From: a virus
Lineage: Duplodnaviria; Caudoviricetes
IMG/VR virus record: IMGVR_UViG_3300031227_000047
Span: 1-57,972 of that record
Length of the DNA stretch: 57,972 nt
Strand: one strand, 5' to 3'
Shown piece after piece: positions 17,415 through 27,415 of this stretch. Each line of letters begins with the position of its first letter. The stretch's first letter is position 1. The translations under genes and the position numbers were made by a program. Below the pieces are notes generated by a model that was given only the letters and a program-made list of their open reading frames with translations, did no database searches and had not been told where the DNA came from.

Positions 17415-18050
17415 ATGGTTTTGAGGTTTGTAGAAGGTGAGATTTTGAAAAAAGAAAAATGTATGGTTTGCCAAAAAAATGAGGCTTTATGGGATCCAGG
17501 TTTAAAAGAGTTTGTTCCATGTTTGGATTGTCTCAAAGAAAAACGACGTGTTGGAATGGAACATATTCTAAATAGGTCTCTTCAAAGATCTGGTATTCCC
17601 AAACGATTTTTAGAAGCTAAGTTGCAAGATTTTAAAAAGCCAACTTGTGATCTTAATCCAAATACAGGATTTTTAGTCACTGGCCCTGTCGGTTGTGGGA
17701 AGACTCATTTGCTAGCAGCTTTAGCAAGGGAACTGATTTTAGATTCCAAGCAAGTTTTGTTTGTTCAATCCTCCACATTTTTAAAAAGGGTGAGAAATGA
17801 AATTCAGGGGAGCAAAACAGACCTAATAGAAAAAGCTATTTCAGTTCCATTTCTTTTCTTGGATGATTTTGGAACTGAAAAAGTAACGGATTGGGTTTAT
17901 GAGACTTGGTTCACACTTCTGAATGAGCGGTATTCAGAATGCAGATATATCAGTGTATCTGCAAATTCTCCAGATACTTTGGATGGAAGACTTTTCAGGC
18001 GTATTATTGATATGACCTTATTGGTGGATTTACCGGAGAGATTTGGATGA
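17415..18050 (+). CDS. DnaC/IstB-like helicase loader ATPase
   Basis: CxxC..CxxC, SGIPKRF, GPVGCGKT, LFLDDFG.E, LNERY. Confidence 0.88.
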   Translation: MVLRFVEGEILKKEKCMVCQKNEALWDPGLKEFVPCLDCLKEKRRVGMEHILNRSLQRSGIPKRFLEAKLQDFKKPTCDLNPNTGFLVTGPVGCGKTHLLAALARELILDSKQVLFVQSSTFLKRVRNEIQGSKTDLIEKAISVPFLFLDDFGTEKVTDWVYETWFTLLNERYSECRYISVSANSPDTLDGRLFRRIIDMTLLVDLPERFG

Positions 18051-19573
18051 TAAGTAGAAGAAAGATTTCAGATAGTAAGGAATTGCAAATTTTAACAGCC
18101 GCTATTCACAGCGAGGGTTTTCTACTTCACCTCATTTCCTTGTATCAGCCGGGTTTGTTTGTAGACGAAAAAATAGACCTGATTTTATCTTGGTGCTTTG
18201 CTTATTTTGAAAAGTATGATAAGGCTCCAAAGGGTCATATTTGGGATTTGTTTTTGCAGGAAATGGATTCTGGAAAAATGAGGGATTCAATTTCTGAGTT
18301 GATTGAGAAAATCTTGGTCAAGGTAGATAAGATTTTAGAGCAAGGATTCAATGAAGCTTTTGTTAAGGATCTATGCTCTGATTTTTTTAGGGGAAAGGCT
18401 TTAGGAAATTTGACAGATAAGATTTCTGAGGCTGTAGATGGAGGTGAAGAGGAAGAAGCATTAAAGCATTTAGAAGAATTTTCCCTTCCCTGTAAAGAAA
18501 AAGCATATGTTGAACCGTTTCTTGATCCAGAATTGATTCGGGAAGCATTCGAGTTCAAATCAGTTCCTCTTTTTTCGTTTAAGGGTGCTTTAGGGGAATT
18601 GGTCAATCCATTTCTAACGAGAGATTCGTTTCTGAGTTTTATGGGGCCAGAAAAAAGAGGAAAAACTTGGTGGCTATTTGAATTTGCTATTCGGGCTTTG
18701 TTTGCTAGAAGGAAAGTAGCTTTTTTTCAGGTTGGTGATATGAGTGAGGATCAAGGAATTCGTAGAATGTTTACCCGGCTTGCTGGAAAGCCTAGCAGAG
18801 AAATGGATTGTGGGGAAATCCTAATTCCTGTTTTGGATTGTAAAAGTAATCAGGATGGAAGTTGTCCATCAACGCACAGAAAAAATGAAATCACGCTTTT
18901 GGATTCTGAAGGAGAAAAACCTTCATGGGAATCAAGGCCAAAAAGATATAAACCATGTACCAGATGTGAAAATCGAGGTATCAAATTTCCAGGGGCTTCA
19001 TGGTTTAAAAAAGTTCAGTATAAGGATGTTTTGGATTGGCGGGGAAGTGTCACTTTATCTGAAAAATTTCAGAGTCGGATTAAAGGTGGAAATTTTAGGT
19101 TGAGTACGCATTCAAATGGTTCAATTTCTGTATCAGATATTAGCAGAATTGTGAAGGGATGGAAAAAAGAGGGATGGATTCCAGATGTTATAGCAATTGA
19201 TTATGCAGATATTTTGGCTCCAGAAAAAAGTCATAAAGATCCGCGATATCAGGAAAATGAAAAATGGAAAGCACTAAGAAGATTATCACAGGATTATTCT
19301 TGCTTGGTTTTGACGGCTACTCAGTCTGCTACAAGTTCCTATGATTCAGATGATTTGAAACTTGGGGACTTTTCAGAGGACAAAAGAAAATATTCCCACG
19401 TAACAGGAATGCTTGCCTTGAATCAAAACAAAGAAGAAAAGCAGGAAGGGATTATGAGATTGGGTTGGTTAGTTTTGCGGGAAGGAGGATTCGCCGCATA
19501 TCGACAAGTAGCTTGTTTGCAATCATTAGTGTGTGGCCGTCCATATTTGGATGGGTATTGGGTAAATAGATAA
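18047..19573 (+). CDS. DnaB-like replicative helicase with Cys-rich insert
   Basis: GPEKRGKT, IAIDYADIL, TATQS, FSED motifs. Confidence 0.85.
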   Translation: MISRRKISDSKELQILTAAIHSEGFLLHLISLYQPGLFVDEKIDLILSWCFAYFEKYDKAPKGHIWDLFLQEMDSGKMRDSISELIEKILVKVDKILEQGFNEAFVKDLCSDFFRGKALGNLTDKISEAVDGGEEEEALKHLEEFSLPCKEKAYVEPFLDPELIREAFEFKSVPLFSFKGALGELVNPFLTRDSFLSFMGPEKRGKTWWLFEFAIRALFARRKVAFFQVGDMSEDQGIRRMFTRLAGKPSREMDCGEILIPVLDCKSNQDGSCPSTHRKNEITLLDSEGEKPSWESRPKRYKPCTRCENRGIKFPGASWFKKVQYKDVLDWRGSVTLSEKFQSRIKGGNFRLSTHSNGSISVSDISRIVKGWKKEGWIPDVIAIDYADILAPEKSHKDPRYQENEKWKALRRLSQDYSCLVLTATQSATSSYDSDDLKLGDFSEDKRKYSHVTGMLALNQNKEEKQEGIMRLGWLVLREGGFAAYRQVACLQSLVCGRPYLDGYWVNR

Positions 19574-19584
19574 AGGAGAGTGAA

Positions 19585-19770
19585 ATGGAATGGTATCATT
19601 TTTGGAAAAATGGCTGTTTCCGCAAAACTTATCAAGAGGGTCAAAAACTAAAGGATGGATTTCCTGTAGATCGGGATCAAATGCTTGCTAGGTTTGATGA
19701 ATTGATAGGCATTGCAGAAAAGACAAATCAAAGTGCTACATGGACTTTGCGAATTACAAAAACGGTTTAA
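19585..19770 (+). CDS. hypothetical protein
   Basis: AAGGAG RBS. Confidence 0.55.
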   Translation: MEWYHFWKNGCFRKTYQEGQKLKDGFPVDRDQMLARFDELIGIAEKTNQSATWTLRITKTV

Positions 19771-19802
19771 TCCCATTTTAATTAAAAAAGCATATAAAAA
19801 TG

Positions 19803-19835
19803 CTCTGAGAATGGTAATTCTTAGGGTTTTTCTTT
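19803..19835 (+). terminator. intrinsic terminator (near-copy at 35236-35269)
   Basis: CTCTGAGAAT-GGTA-ATTCTTAGGG + TTTTT. Confidence 0.65.
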
Positions 19836-19936
19836 ATCATTCTGTATTATAACTATACAATCAAAAACAAGGATAGTCAATGTTTATAAGGGTGTTATGA
19901 GCTAAATTTAGGTGAAAATAAAAGCAAAAATAAAGC

Positions 19937-19965
19937 TTTACTTTTGTAAAGATATACATTATAAT
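19937..19965 (+). promoter_or_regulatory. sigma70-type early promoter
   Basis: TTTACT-17bp-TATAAT. Confidence 0.85.
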
Positions 19966-20002
19966 AATCTTACATTTGAAGCAAAACAAAGGAGACAAGG
20001 AA

Positions 20003-20161
20003 ATGAAGAAGATTGATAAATTGGAAGCAGCCATAAAAAAGGCTGAAAGAAAAGTAGCGGAAGCCTATAAGGAAAATGATCGGGTAGAGGCTGAGTATTG
20101 GGAAGGTGAGTTTATGGATTTGGAAGAGGAAATGAAAGCGTATTGGGATTCCAAGGAATAA
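20003..20161 (+). CDS. small acidic helical early protein
   Basis: First ATG after promoter, with RBS. Confidence 0.65.
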   Translation: MKKIDKLEAAIKKAERKVAEAYKENDRVEAEYWEGEFMDLEEEMKAYWDSKE

Positions 20162-20181
20162 ACAAAACAAGGAGATCTATT

Positions 20182-21138
20182 ATGGCGCACGAATTTGAAT
20201 CAGGGTTTTTTGTAAGGCAACCGGCATGGCACCGGTTGGGAGAGGTATTGGATCAAGAACCAAATCCGATTGAAGCATTTGAGCATTCGGGTTTGAATTG
20301 GAAAGTAAACAAGTGTCCACTTTTTGCTATCAATCCAGCGGAGGAGAGCATTTCCACAGACCATTTCGCAATTGTGCGAGGATCGGATGATAGGGTTTTG
20401 GGAGTAACGAAAGGACGTTGGACAAACTTCCAGAACTCAGACGCTTTTGAATGGTGTGTTCCACTTTTTGAATCAGGAAAGTGGACGTTTGAAACAGCGG
20501 GATCTTTACATAAAGGGGAGCGTTGTTGGGTCTTACTCAGGCAGGGACAAGTGGATATTGTTCCGGGTGACACTATCAATCAGTATTTGATGATTTGTTG
20601 GGCACACGATGGAAAAACAGCGAATTACATACAGCCGACTTCGGTTCGGGTTGTATGTAATAACACCCTGACTCAGGCTTTGAGATTGGGAAGTGAAAAC
20701 CGAAGAGTGGTCAGACATTCCAAGTTTGTTCATTTGCGGATGGATGAAGTCCGGGAGTTGTATGCAGAAACTTCTGAAATGTTTGAAAATCAGACCAATG
20801 TTTTTCGGGAAATGGCTCAGAGGAAATTGACGAAAAAGGAACGGGGTTTTCTTTTGGATGAGCTTTTTTCTCTGAAGGATTCTGAGGGGGAAGATTTGAA
20901 GGGAAAAGCGTATACAATAGCTAATCAGAATCGGGAATTGGTTGAGGCCACTATTAAGCATGGAAGCGGTATACAAGAGCATGAGCTGGCTGGAACGGCA
21001 TACGGTACGTTTATGGGTATCTCTGAGGCTGTGGAGCATTACATCGGCGGGGAGCGAGTAACGGATCGTGGTATCAATGTTTTGGAACGGAAAGCGCGAG
21101 AGGTAAATGATAGGGCTTTTGAGATTTTGAATAACTGA
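20182..21138 (+). CDS. DUF932/TIGR03299-like phage/plasmid protein
   Basis: MAHE...PAWHRLG, FETAGSL..G...W, HDG, RVVCNNTL, RHS motifs. Confidence 0.85.
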   Translation: MAHEFESGFFVRQPAWHRLGEVLDQEPNPIEAFEHSGLNWKVNKCPLFAINPAEESISTDHFAIVRGSDDRVLGVTKGRWTNFQNSDAFEWCVPLFESGKWTFETAGSLHKGERCWVLLRQGQVDIVPGDTINQYLMICWAHDGKTANYIQPTSVRVVCNNTLTQALRLGSENRRVVRHSKFVHLRMDEVRELYAETSEMFENQTNVFREMAQRKLTKKERGFLLDELFSLKDSEGEDLKGKAYTIANQNRELVEATIKHGSGIQEHELAGTAYGTFMGISEAVEHYIGGERVTDRGINVLERKAREVNDRAFEILNN

Positions 21139-21144
21139 AGGAGA

Positions 21145-21540
21145 ATGATCATGAATAGGTTTATTGAAATAAGCACGGGCAAAGTGGTTTCTGCGTGGAG
21201 GTACACCGGGGATAACGCGAAAAAGATTATGGAAAGTATTGGTAATTGTCCGGGTAGTTATTATGAGGCATTAACTGTTAATGGGGTTTTTCTTGTTTTT
21301 TCTACTGCACTTTCCCCATCAAAGATTTTAGAAGTAAATGACTGGCTTGTTAGCAGCGAGGGAATGTTGACGTGTTATGGTTTAGGCTTTAAGAATCTTT
21401 ACCGTAAGGCTGATGCTCCTGAGCTTGTTAGATTAAAGTGTGAATTGAAGTCAATGCAGAAAAACTTGGGGATCTGGAAGAGGAGGGTTACTGAAATGCA
21501 AGCTTTAGTTAATAACTATGATAATGAAAAAGGAGAATGA
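21145..21540 (+). CDS. hypothetical protein
   Basis: AAGGAG RBS; N-domain resembles 10773/14904 family. Confidence 0.6.
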   Translation: MIMNRFIEISTGKVVSAWRYTGDNAKKIMESIGNCPGSYYEALTVNGVFLVFSTALSPSKILEVNDWLVSSEGMLTCYGLGFKNLYRKADAPELVRLKCELKSMQKNLGIWKRRVTEMQALVNNYDNEKGE

Positions 21541-21556
21541 AAAAGAAGGATCCTTT

Positions 21557-21597
21557 AGTGTAGAGGGTTGAAACCAACCCTCTACACTTCCTTTTTG
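21557..21597 (+). terminator. intrinsic terminator
   Basis: 14-bp perfect stem AGTGTAGAGGGTTG/CAACCCTCTACACT + TCCTTTTT. Confidence 0.8.
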
Positions 21598-21646
21598 ATT
21601 TTGTGTGGTTAGGCGTATTATTGAATAAGGAGACTTTGAAAAGAAA

Positions 21647-22894
21647 ATGAAGAATAAAAGCAAAAAGAGCAAGTTGAATTCCCTGATTTTGCAATGGATT
21701 AGAGAGGGGATTTCAGAAGAGGAAATCCGGATTTTCTGTAGAGTTTGGTATGCAGGAAAGGAAAAGTTTCAGGAGCTTGGTGAATGGGAAGTGGAAAGAA
21801 GAATAAATAAACGTTTTAAAAAAGTCAAAGAGTATATGGCAAAGCAAGAAACGAAGGGAAAGGAAATGAGTGAGGCAAGAGAAATTAGCCGAATGAGTTT
21901 GTTGGTAGTTTTGGAAAGTCTAAAGGATATTCTAATTCAAAAATCTATAATAGATGAACAGATTGGGGTTTTGTCTTTTGTCTATGGAAGATTTTTCTGC
22001 AAATCAGAAATGAGCCGAGCTTGCTCCCCTGTCATTTCTGAGATGGAAGGCTTTCCAAATTTTGCAGTAAATGGAAGTGATTTCTATCGATTTTTACAAC
22101 GCGGTAAAACAGAGATGATTCAAATTCGAGTAAAGGATTCAAAATTGCTCGTTTCTCATAAGAATACAAAAGCAAGTTTTGCTTGTACAGAATGCTTTTC
22201 TTTCAAGATCCCTGATAAGTGGGATGGCCTTATAGAAGAATTTGCAGAGTTATTCCACCGGGTTGCTGCTTATGCTTCCAAGTCATTTCTTAATCCTGTT
22301 CTCATGGCAGTTTCGATTCAGGAAAAAATAATGATGGCTGCGGATGGGTTTATGTTTTATCAAATCACAGGGGAAAAATCCCTTATGAAAAATCCGGTTT
22401 TGATACCAGCTTCCAGTTCCATTTTTTTGAAGTCTTTGAAACCAAATAAATGTAAAGGATATAAATCCCAGATTTACTTTAAAAATAGTGATGGATATAT
22501 TGGGGTTTGTTCTTTGTTAGGGGGAGAGCCTTTTCATATTGATCATATGGTGGAAGATCAATGGAAAGCAGAGAAAGTAAAATTTTCAAAAACAGCGATT
22601 CCGGCTTTGGATCGGTGTTCTGTTTTTGTGGAGAAACTTCGGTTTGATTCTCAAAAACAGATGACAGTTTCCTTGAAAGGTAATGTTGCTATTTTCCATG
22701 TGGAAACCTCTGAGGGTGGAATAAGGGAAAAAGTTGAGATCAAGTGTGAAGGTAAAGGAAAGGATAGAAAATTTTCTATCCGTCCTGATTTGTTTAAAGA
22801 GTGTTTGCAGAAAAACCGGGAAGTCCTTTTAGGGAAAAAGACCATGCAGATTAAGGGGGATGATTTCTGGTTTGTGTCTGCTTTGATTCAATAA
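21647..22894 (+). CDS. DNA sliding clamp (DnaN-like) with N-terminal extension
   Basis: AYASKSFLNPVLMAV...AADGF central motif, clamp-like length; second RBS+ATG at 21866. Confidence 0.7.
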   Translation: MKNKSKKSKLNSLILQWIREGISEEEIRIFCRVWYAGKEKFQELGEWEVERRINKRFKKVKEYMAKQETKGKEMSEAREISRMSLLVVLESLKDILIQKSIIDEQIGVLSFVYGRFFCKSEMSRACSPVISEMEGFPNFAVNGSDFYRFLQRGKTEMIQIRVKDSKLLVSHKNTKASFACTECFSFKIPDKWDGLIEEFAELFHRVAAYASKSFLNPVLMAVSIQEKIMMAADGFMFYQITGEKSLMKNPVLIPASSSIFLKSLKPNKCKGYKSQIYFKNSDGYIGVCSLLGGEPFHIDHMVEDQWKAEKVKFSKTAIPALDRCSVFVEKLRFDSQKQMTVSLKGNVAIFHVETSEGGIREKVEIKCEGKGKDRKFSIRPDLFKECLQKNREVLLGKKTMQIKGDDFWFVSALIQ

Positions 22895-22912
22895 AAGAGA
22901 AGGAGAAAGATA

Positions 22913-23134
22913 ATGGAATATGAAGGTTGGATAATTGTAGATAGTGATGGCTTAGCATATTTGGGTACGTGTAGAGATAGGCGTGTAGGATCGATTTGTG
23001 CTTTTCTTAATGTACCCTATTTGACAAAAAAGGGGCGTATTGTTTTGTCAGCTAAAACGAAGAGGGTATGGCGATCATATCATAATTTTCGCTGTGTCAA
23101 AGCTTCTATTACTTGTAGTTGGGGAAAAGAGTGA
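22913..23134 (+). CDS. hypothetical protein
   Basis: AAGGAG RBS. Confidence 0.55.
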   Translation: MEYEGWIIVDSDGLAYLGTCRDRRVGSICAFLNVPYLTKKGRIVLSAKTKRVWRSYHNFRCVKASITCSWGKE

Positions 23135-23153
23135 TTCAATAGGGATTTTGAAA

Positions 23154-23345
23154 ATGAAAAAGAAATATGAGATCACAGTTTTAATTCCACCTTTAAATGA
23201 ATTTGGAAGGTGTTCCAGGCATTGTCCATTTTTTACTTTTGTTGGCAGAGGTGGTATTTGTATGATTGGATTATCAAGATTAGAAAAGTATGGATTTATG
23301 TTTCCTGGTAAGGGCTGTCCTAGGAATCCAGATAAAAAGGATTGA
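23154..23345 (+). CDS. Cys-rich small protein
   Basis: Paralog of 11441..11704. Confidence 0.55.
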   Translation: MKKKYEITVLIPPLNEFGRCSRHCPFFTFVGRGGICMIGLSRLEKYGFMFPGKGCPRNPDKKD

Positions 23346-23348
23346 TTT

Positions 23349-24560
23349 GTGTTATTTTCTGAAACGGATTTATTGACTGCTACAGGTTGTCATTCATGCG
23401 GATTGTGGAGAAAGTGTTTAACTCCACGAATGAAAGTTTCTGGAAAAGGAAAGAAGAGGATCTTAATTGTTGGAGAAGCCCCGGGAGCTACCGAGGATGA
23501 CGTAGGAAAGCATTTTGTAGGGAAATCGGGTATATTACTTCGGAAGGAATTGAAACGCATACAAGTCGATTTAGAGCAAGATTGTAGAATTGTAAATGCT
23601 GTAAATTGCAGACCACCGAAAAACAGAAAAGTAACGTCAAAGGAAATCGACGCTTGTAGGTCTATGGTGTGGACTGAGATACGAAAAAACAAACCAAAAG
23701 TGGTTTTGTTATTGGGAAAATCTGCTATTGAATCAGTGATAGGGGTGAGGTGGAAAAAGGATTTAGGGGGAGTTTCCAGGTGGAGAGGGCTGGCAATTCC
23801 TGATAAAGAAGTTGGGGGTTGGATTGTTTCTACTTACCATCCAGCTTTTTTGTTGAGACAAACTCAGGGATTTGGGCAAAGGGAAAAGATAAATGAAGGG
23901 CTTCTAAAAATCTTTAGAAATGATTTGGTTCATGCTGTTTCTCTTGCTTGTGGAAATAAACAGATTCCCCCTTGCACTGGGATCTTGCCAGGGATTCATG
24001 TGCTTAAAACGGAAAAAGAAGCTTTGAGATATTTGGGGGATTTGATTAGACGTAGACCTCCTTTGATTGCTTTTGATTATGAAACTACAGGATTGAAACC
24101 ATATGAGAAGAATCAGGAAATCGTATCTGTAGCTTTTTCAGAAGATGGAAGAGAAGGAACAGCTATGATGCTTTCAAAATCTTTGATTCCTCTTCTTAGA
24201 ACGATTTTAAATGATCCAAACATTGAAAAAATAGCGGCAAATTTCAAATTTGAGGATGTATGGTCGAGGGTTTTTTTGAAAACAAAAGTGAGGGGTTGGG
24301 TTTGGGATACCATGCTTGCTGCTCATGTAGAGAATAACCGGGAGAAATATACATCCTTAAGTTTTCAATCATATATTCAGTTTGGGGTTCCTGATTATGA
24401 TTCTGAGATAGTTCCACTTTTGAAATCTAAAAAAGGGAAGCTAAATCGAGTTAGAGAAATCCCGGAAACAAAGCTTCTAATGTATAATGGAATAGACGCT
24501 GTATTTGAATTTCGATTGGCCCAATGGCAGAGAAGGATGTTAGATGGATGTTATAAATGA
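23349..24560 (+). CDS. family-4 uracil-DNA glycosylase-like domain fused to 3'-5' exonuclease (N-terminal part of split PolA)
   Basis: CxxC, GEAPG, CRPP.NR, YHPA; then FDYETTG, ANFKFE, DTMLA, YNGID exonuclease motifs. Confidence 0.88.
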   Translation: MLFSETDLLTATGCHSCGLWRKCLTPRMKVSGKGKKRILIVGEAPGATEDDVGKHFVGKSGILLRKELKRIQVDLEQDCRIVNAVNCRPPKNRKVTSKEIDACRSMVWTEIRKNKPKVVLLLGKSAIESVIGVRWKKDLGGVSRWRGLAIPDKEVGGWIVSTYHPAFLLRQTQGFGQREKINEGLLKIFRNDLVHAVSLACGNKQIPPCTGILPGIHVLKTEKEALRYLGDLIRRRPPLIAFDYETTGLKPYEKNQEIVSVAFSEDGREGTAMMLSKSLIPLLRTILNDPNIEKIAANFKFEDVWSRVFLKTKVRGWVWDTMLAAHVENNREKYTSLSFQSYIQFGVPDYDSEIVPLLKSKKGKLNRVREIPETKLLMYNGIDAVFEFRLAQWQRRMLDGCYK

Positions 24561-25869
24561 AAGAGCTTATCAGTTATTGCATGATGGAGCTTTGGCTTTT
24601 GCTCAGGCTGAACGCACTGGGATTCGGATAGATGTTTCCTATGTGGAAAAGCAAATTAAAAGATTGGAAAAAAAAGAGGAAAATATATCTAAACGTATTT
24701 TTGAAACTAAGTCAGGAAGAGTTTGGAGACAAAAATATGGAGCAACTGCCAAGATTGGGAGTGGAGAGCAATTGAGGGAAGTATTGGCGAAATCTTTAGG
24801 GATTCGAGAAACCGGATCTATGGACAAGCAGGTTTTAGCTACTTTAAAAAATCCCTTTGTTAATATGGTTTTGAAATATCGAAAATACAGGAAAGCCAGA
24901 ACTACTTACCTCCAGAATCTCATATCAGAAACTACGAATGGAATTTTACACCCGTTTTTTAACTTGCATATTGTACCTACGTATAGATCATCCTCTAATA
25001 AGCCAAACTTTCAAAATATTCCTATAAGGGATCCTTGGGTTGCAAAAATTGTCAGAAGGGCTTTTATCCCAAGGGAAGGAAATCGTTTAGTAGAGGCTGA
25101 TTACAGTGCGATAGAGGTAAGGATTGCAGCTTGTTATCATAAAGATCCTCGAATGCTTCGTTACTTGAAAAATGGACATGATCTACATAAAGAAATGGCG
25201 ATTGAATGTTACGATTGTAAGAGAAATGAAGTTTCAAAAGAGATGCGATATTGTGCAAAAAACCGATTCGTATTTCCAATTTTTTATGGTTCGTTTTATA
25301 AGAAAATAGCACCGGCTTTATGGGATTCGATTGAAGAGTTTGATTTAAAGTTAGTGGATGGAACTCCTCTTATGAGTCATTTGAAAAAAAGAGGAATGGG
25401 ATCTTATTCTGATTTCGAGGATCATATTGAAAACGTAGAGCATTTGTTTTGGACAAGCAAGTTTAAACGGTATCATGCTTGGAAAAAGGAGTGGTATAAA
25501 GCATATTTGAAACAGGGATATTTTGATCTGAAAACAGGTTTCAGATGTGGCGGATTTATGGGAAGGAATGAAGTAATAAATTATCCAATTCAGGGAGCGG
25601 CTTTTCATTGTTTGCTTTGGACTTTTATCGAGGTTCAAAAAGAGATTAGACAAAGGAAAATGAAAACGAAACTGATAGGTCAAATTCATGATTCGATATT
25701 AGCAGATGTTCCAGAAAATGAATTTGATGATTATTTGGAATTGATTTCAAGGGTAGGATCGAAGAAAATCAGGGAAGCTTGGAAGTGGATTATTTTACCT
25801 CTTGAAATGGAAATAGAAGCTTGTGAAGTTGGTGAAAGTTGGTTTGATAAGAAGGAGGTAAAAGTATGA
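24544..25869 (+). CDS. family A DNA polymerase catalytic domain
   Basis: SSNKPNFQNIP, ADYSAIEVR, RYCAK..FYG, NYPIQG, QIHDS. Confidence 0.92.
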   Translation: MDVINERAYQLLHDGALAFAQAERTGIRIDVSYVEKQIKRLEKKEENISKRIFETKSGRVWRQKYGATAKIGSGEQLREVLAKSLGIRETGSMDKQVLATLKNPFVNMVLKYRKYRKARTTYLQNLISETTNGILHPFFNLHIVPTYRSSSNKPNFQNIPIRDPWVAKIVRRAFIPREGNRLVEADYSAIEVRIAACYHKDPRMLRYLKNGHDLHKEMAIECYDCKRNEVSKEMRYCAKNRFVFPIFYGSFYKKIAPALWDSIEEFDLKLVDGTPLMSHLKKRGMGSYSDFEDHIENVEHLFWTSKFKRYHAWKKEWYKAYLKQGYFDLKTGFRCGGFMGRNEVINYPIQGAAFHCLLWTFIEVQKEIRQRKMKTKLIGQIHDSILADVPENEFDDYLELISRVGSKKIREAWKWIILPLEMEIEACEVGESWFDKKEVKV

Positions 25870-26771
25870 GCTTGGCTATTCGATACCGCCCGAAGAATTG
25901 GGTAGATATGTTAGGAAATGAGGAAGTGATAAAAAGTTTAAGGTCTTTAGAATCTAAAAAGAACAGACCTTCTGCTTTTCTTCTTACAGGCCCTTCAGGT
26001 TGTGGGAAAACTACAGCGGCTCGGATACTTTCTCGTTATTTAGGTGCTATAAAATCTGATTTTGTAGAAATAGATTCAGGGGATTTTAGAGGGATTGACA
26101 CAATACGAATGATTCGGCAACAGGTTCCTCTTAAACCAATGTATGGGAGGGCAAGAGTTTGGCTTATTGATGAATGTCATAAGTTGACTAATGATGCTCA
26201 GAACGCTTTGTTGAAAGTGTTAGAAGAGCCCCCAAGCCATGTATCTTTTATTTTGGCTACAACCGATCCGAATAGGCTTTTGAAAACGATAAGGACAAGG
26301 TGTGTTTCGTTTGAATTTTCTTCTTTAGAAAAAGAGGAAATCAGAAAGCTTTTAAACAAAGTGTGTAAAGAAGAAAGTAAAAAAGTTCAGTCGAAGGTTC
26401 TATCTGCTATCTCAGAGGGTTGTCAAGGCTCTCCAAGGCAAGCATTATCAATGTTAGAGCAAGTGATCGACATTCCCTATCGAGAACAGACCACGAAGGT
26501 TTTAAAGGCTGCTACAGAGGAATCTCAGATTATTGATTTATGTCGGGCTTTGATAAATCAGAAGCCTTGGAAACAAGTAGCTCAAATTTTGAAAAAATTG
26601 GAATCAGATCCAGAGTCTGTGCGTAGGGCAGTGTTAGGATATTGCTCAGCTGTTCTTTTGAATGGACAGGATAGATCCTATTTGGTTTTGTCTGCTTTCC
26701 TTGATCCTTTTTACGATTCAGGAAAGCCGGGTTTGGTAGCTGCTTGTTTTGAGGCTCTAAATTCTGAGTGA
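25866..26771 (+). CDS. clamp loader ATPase (DnaX gamma/tau-like)
   Basis: YRP, GPSGCGKTT, IDECHKLT..AQNALLK.LEEPP, TIRTRC. Confidence 0.9.
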   Translation: MSLAIRYRPKNWVDMLGNEEVIKSLRSLESKKNRPSAFLLTGPSGCGKTTAARILSRYLGAIKSDFVEIDSGDFRGIDTIRMIRQQVPLKPMYGRARVWLIDECHKLTNDAQNALLKVLEEPPSHVSFILATTDPNRLLKTIRTRCVSFEFSSLEKEEIRKLLNKVCKEESKKVQSKVLSAISEGCQGSPRQALSMLEQVIDIPYREQTTKVLKAATEESQIIDLCRALINQKPWKQVAQILKKLESDPESVRRAVLGYCSAVLLNGQDRSYLVLSAFLDPFYDSGKPGLVAACFEALNSE

Positions 26772-26801
26772 TTAGGCGTATTCTTAAATAAGGAGGATGC
26801 A

Positions 26802-27233
26802 ATGAAAGAGTTTACACCAGACGTTTTGGAAATAGATGAATTAGCCTTGGATAAAGAGTGGTTGAATCAGCCAGGCTTGTTTATGTTTTGGGCTGAACAA
26901 TCGACAAAGGCTCGATTGAGATTTGATAAGGCCAAATTTAACTTTGAAAAAGTGGAAGCTCAAATATCAGCGGATATTAGAAAAAATCCAAAAGAATACG
27001 AATTGAGTAAGGTTACGGAGGCTGCTATTGCAGAGGCTGTAAAGTGTTCGGAAGAGGTCGCAGAAGCGTTTCAAAAGATGGTGAAAGCCAAGTATCACTC
27101 AGAGCTTTTAATTAAGGCTGTGGCAGCATTAGAACAGCGTAGGAAGGCTTTAGAAAATCTAGTGTTTCTTCAGAATCAAGGATACTATGCGGAAACGCCG
27201 TCTAAGAAAATGAAAAGAAGGAATCCAAAATGA
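26802..27233 (+). CDS. UvsY-like recombination mediator
   Basis: LEIDELALDKEWLNQP...VTEAAI helical protein next to SSB and RecA. Confidence 0.65.
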   Translation: MKEFTPDVLEIDELALDKEWLNQPGLFMFWAEQSTKARLRFDKAKFNFEKVEAQISADIRKNPKEYELSKVTEAAIAEAVKCSEEVAEAFQKMVKAKYHSELLIKAVAALEQRRKALENLVFLQNQGYYAETPSKKMKRRNPK

Positions 27234-27415
27234 TAGACCCTCAATTTATATTTATAGGTTTTATTAGTGGGATTTTTGGAATTGCTATTGTGTTTTATTT
27301 AGTGCCGATAGTTCTACGTTTTTGGACTATGCAGATAAGTGCTGGTTGGATTTTAGGAAAGAAAGTAGAAACAGAAACAGAAAAAGGAGAAAAGAAAGAT
27401 GGGAAAGAGAAGTAA
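27230..27415 (+). CDS. small membrane protein
   Basis: N-terminal TM segment, ATGA overlap. Confidence 0.5.
   Translation: MIDPQFIFIGFISGIFGIAIVFYLVPIVLRFWTMQISAGWILGKKVETETEKGEKKDGKEK

Larger units (their letters stand above)
19768..19982. repeat. promoter-module repeat copy 2
   Basis: ~210 bp similar to 35203-35415; core shared with 6107-6224. Confidence 0.9.

Noticed and set aside
18800-19120. Intein in helicase
   Set aside because: No His-Asn followed by Cys/Ser/Thr; the insert is short and looks metal-binding
20533-21039. 168-aa minus-strand ORF
   Set aside because: Lies wholly opposite the well-supported DUF932-like gene, with no motif
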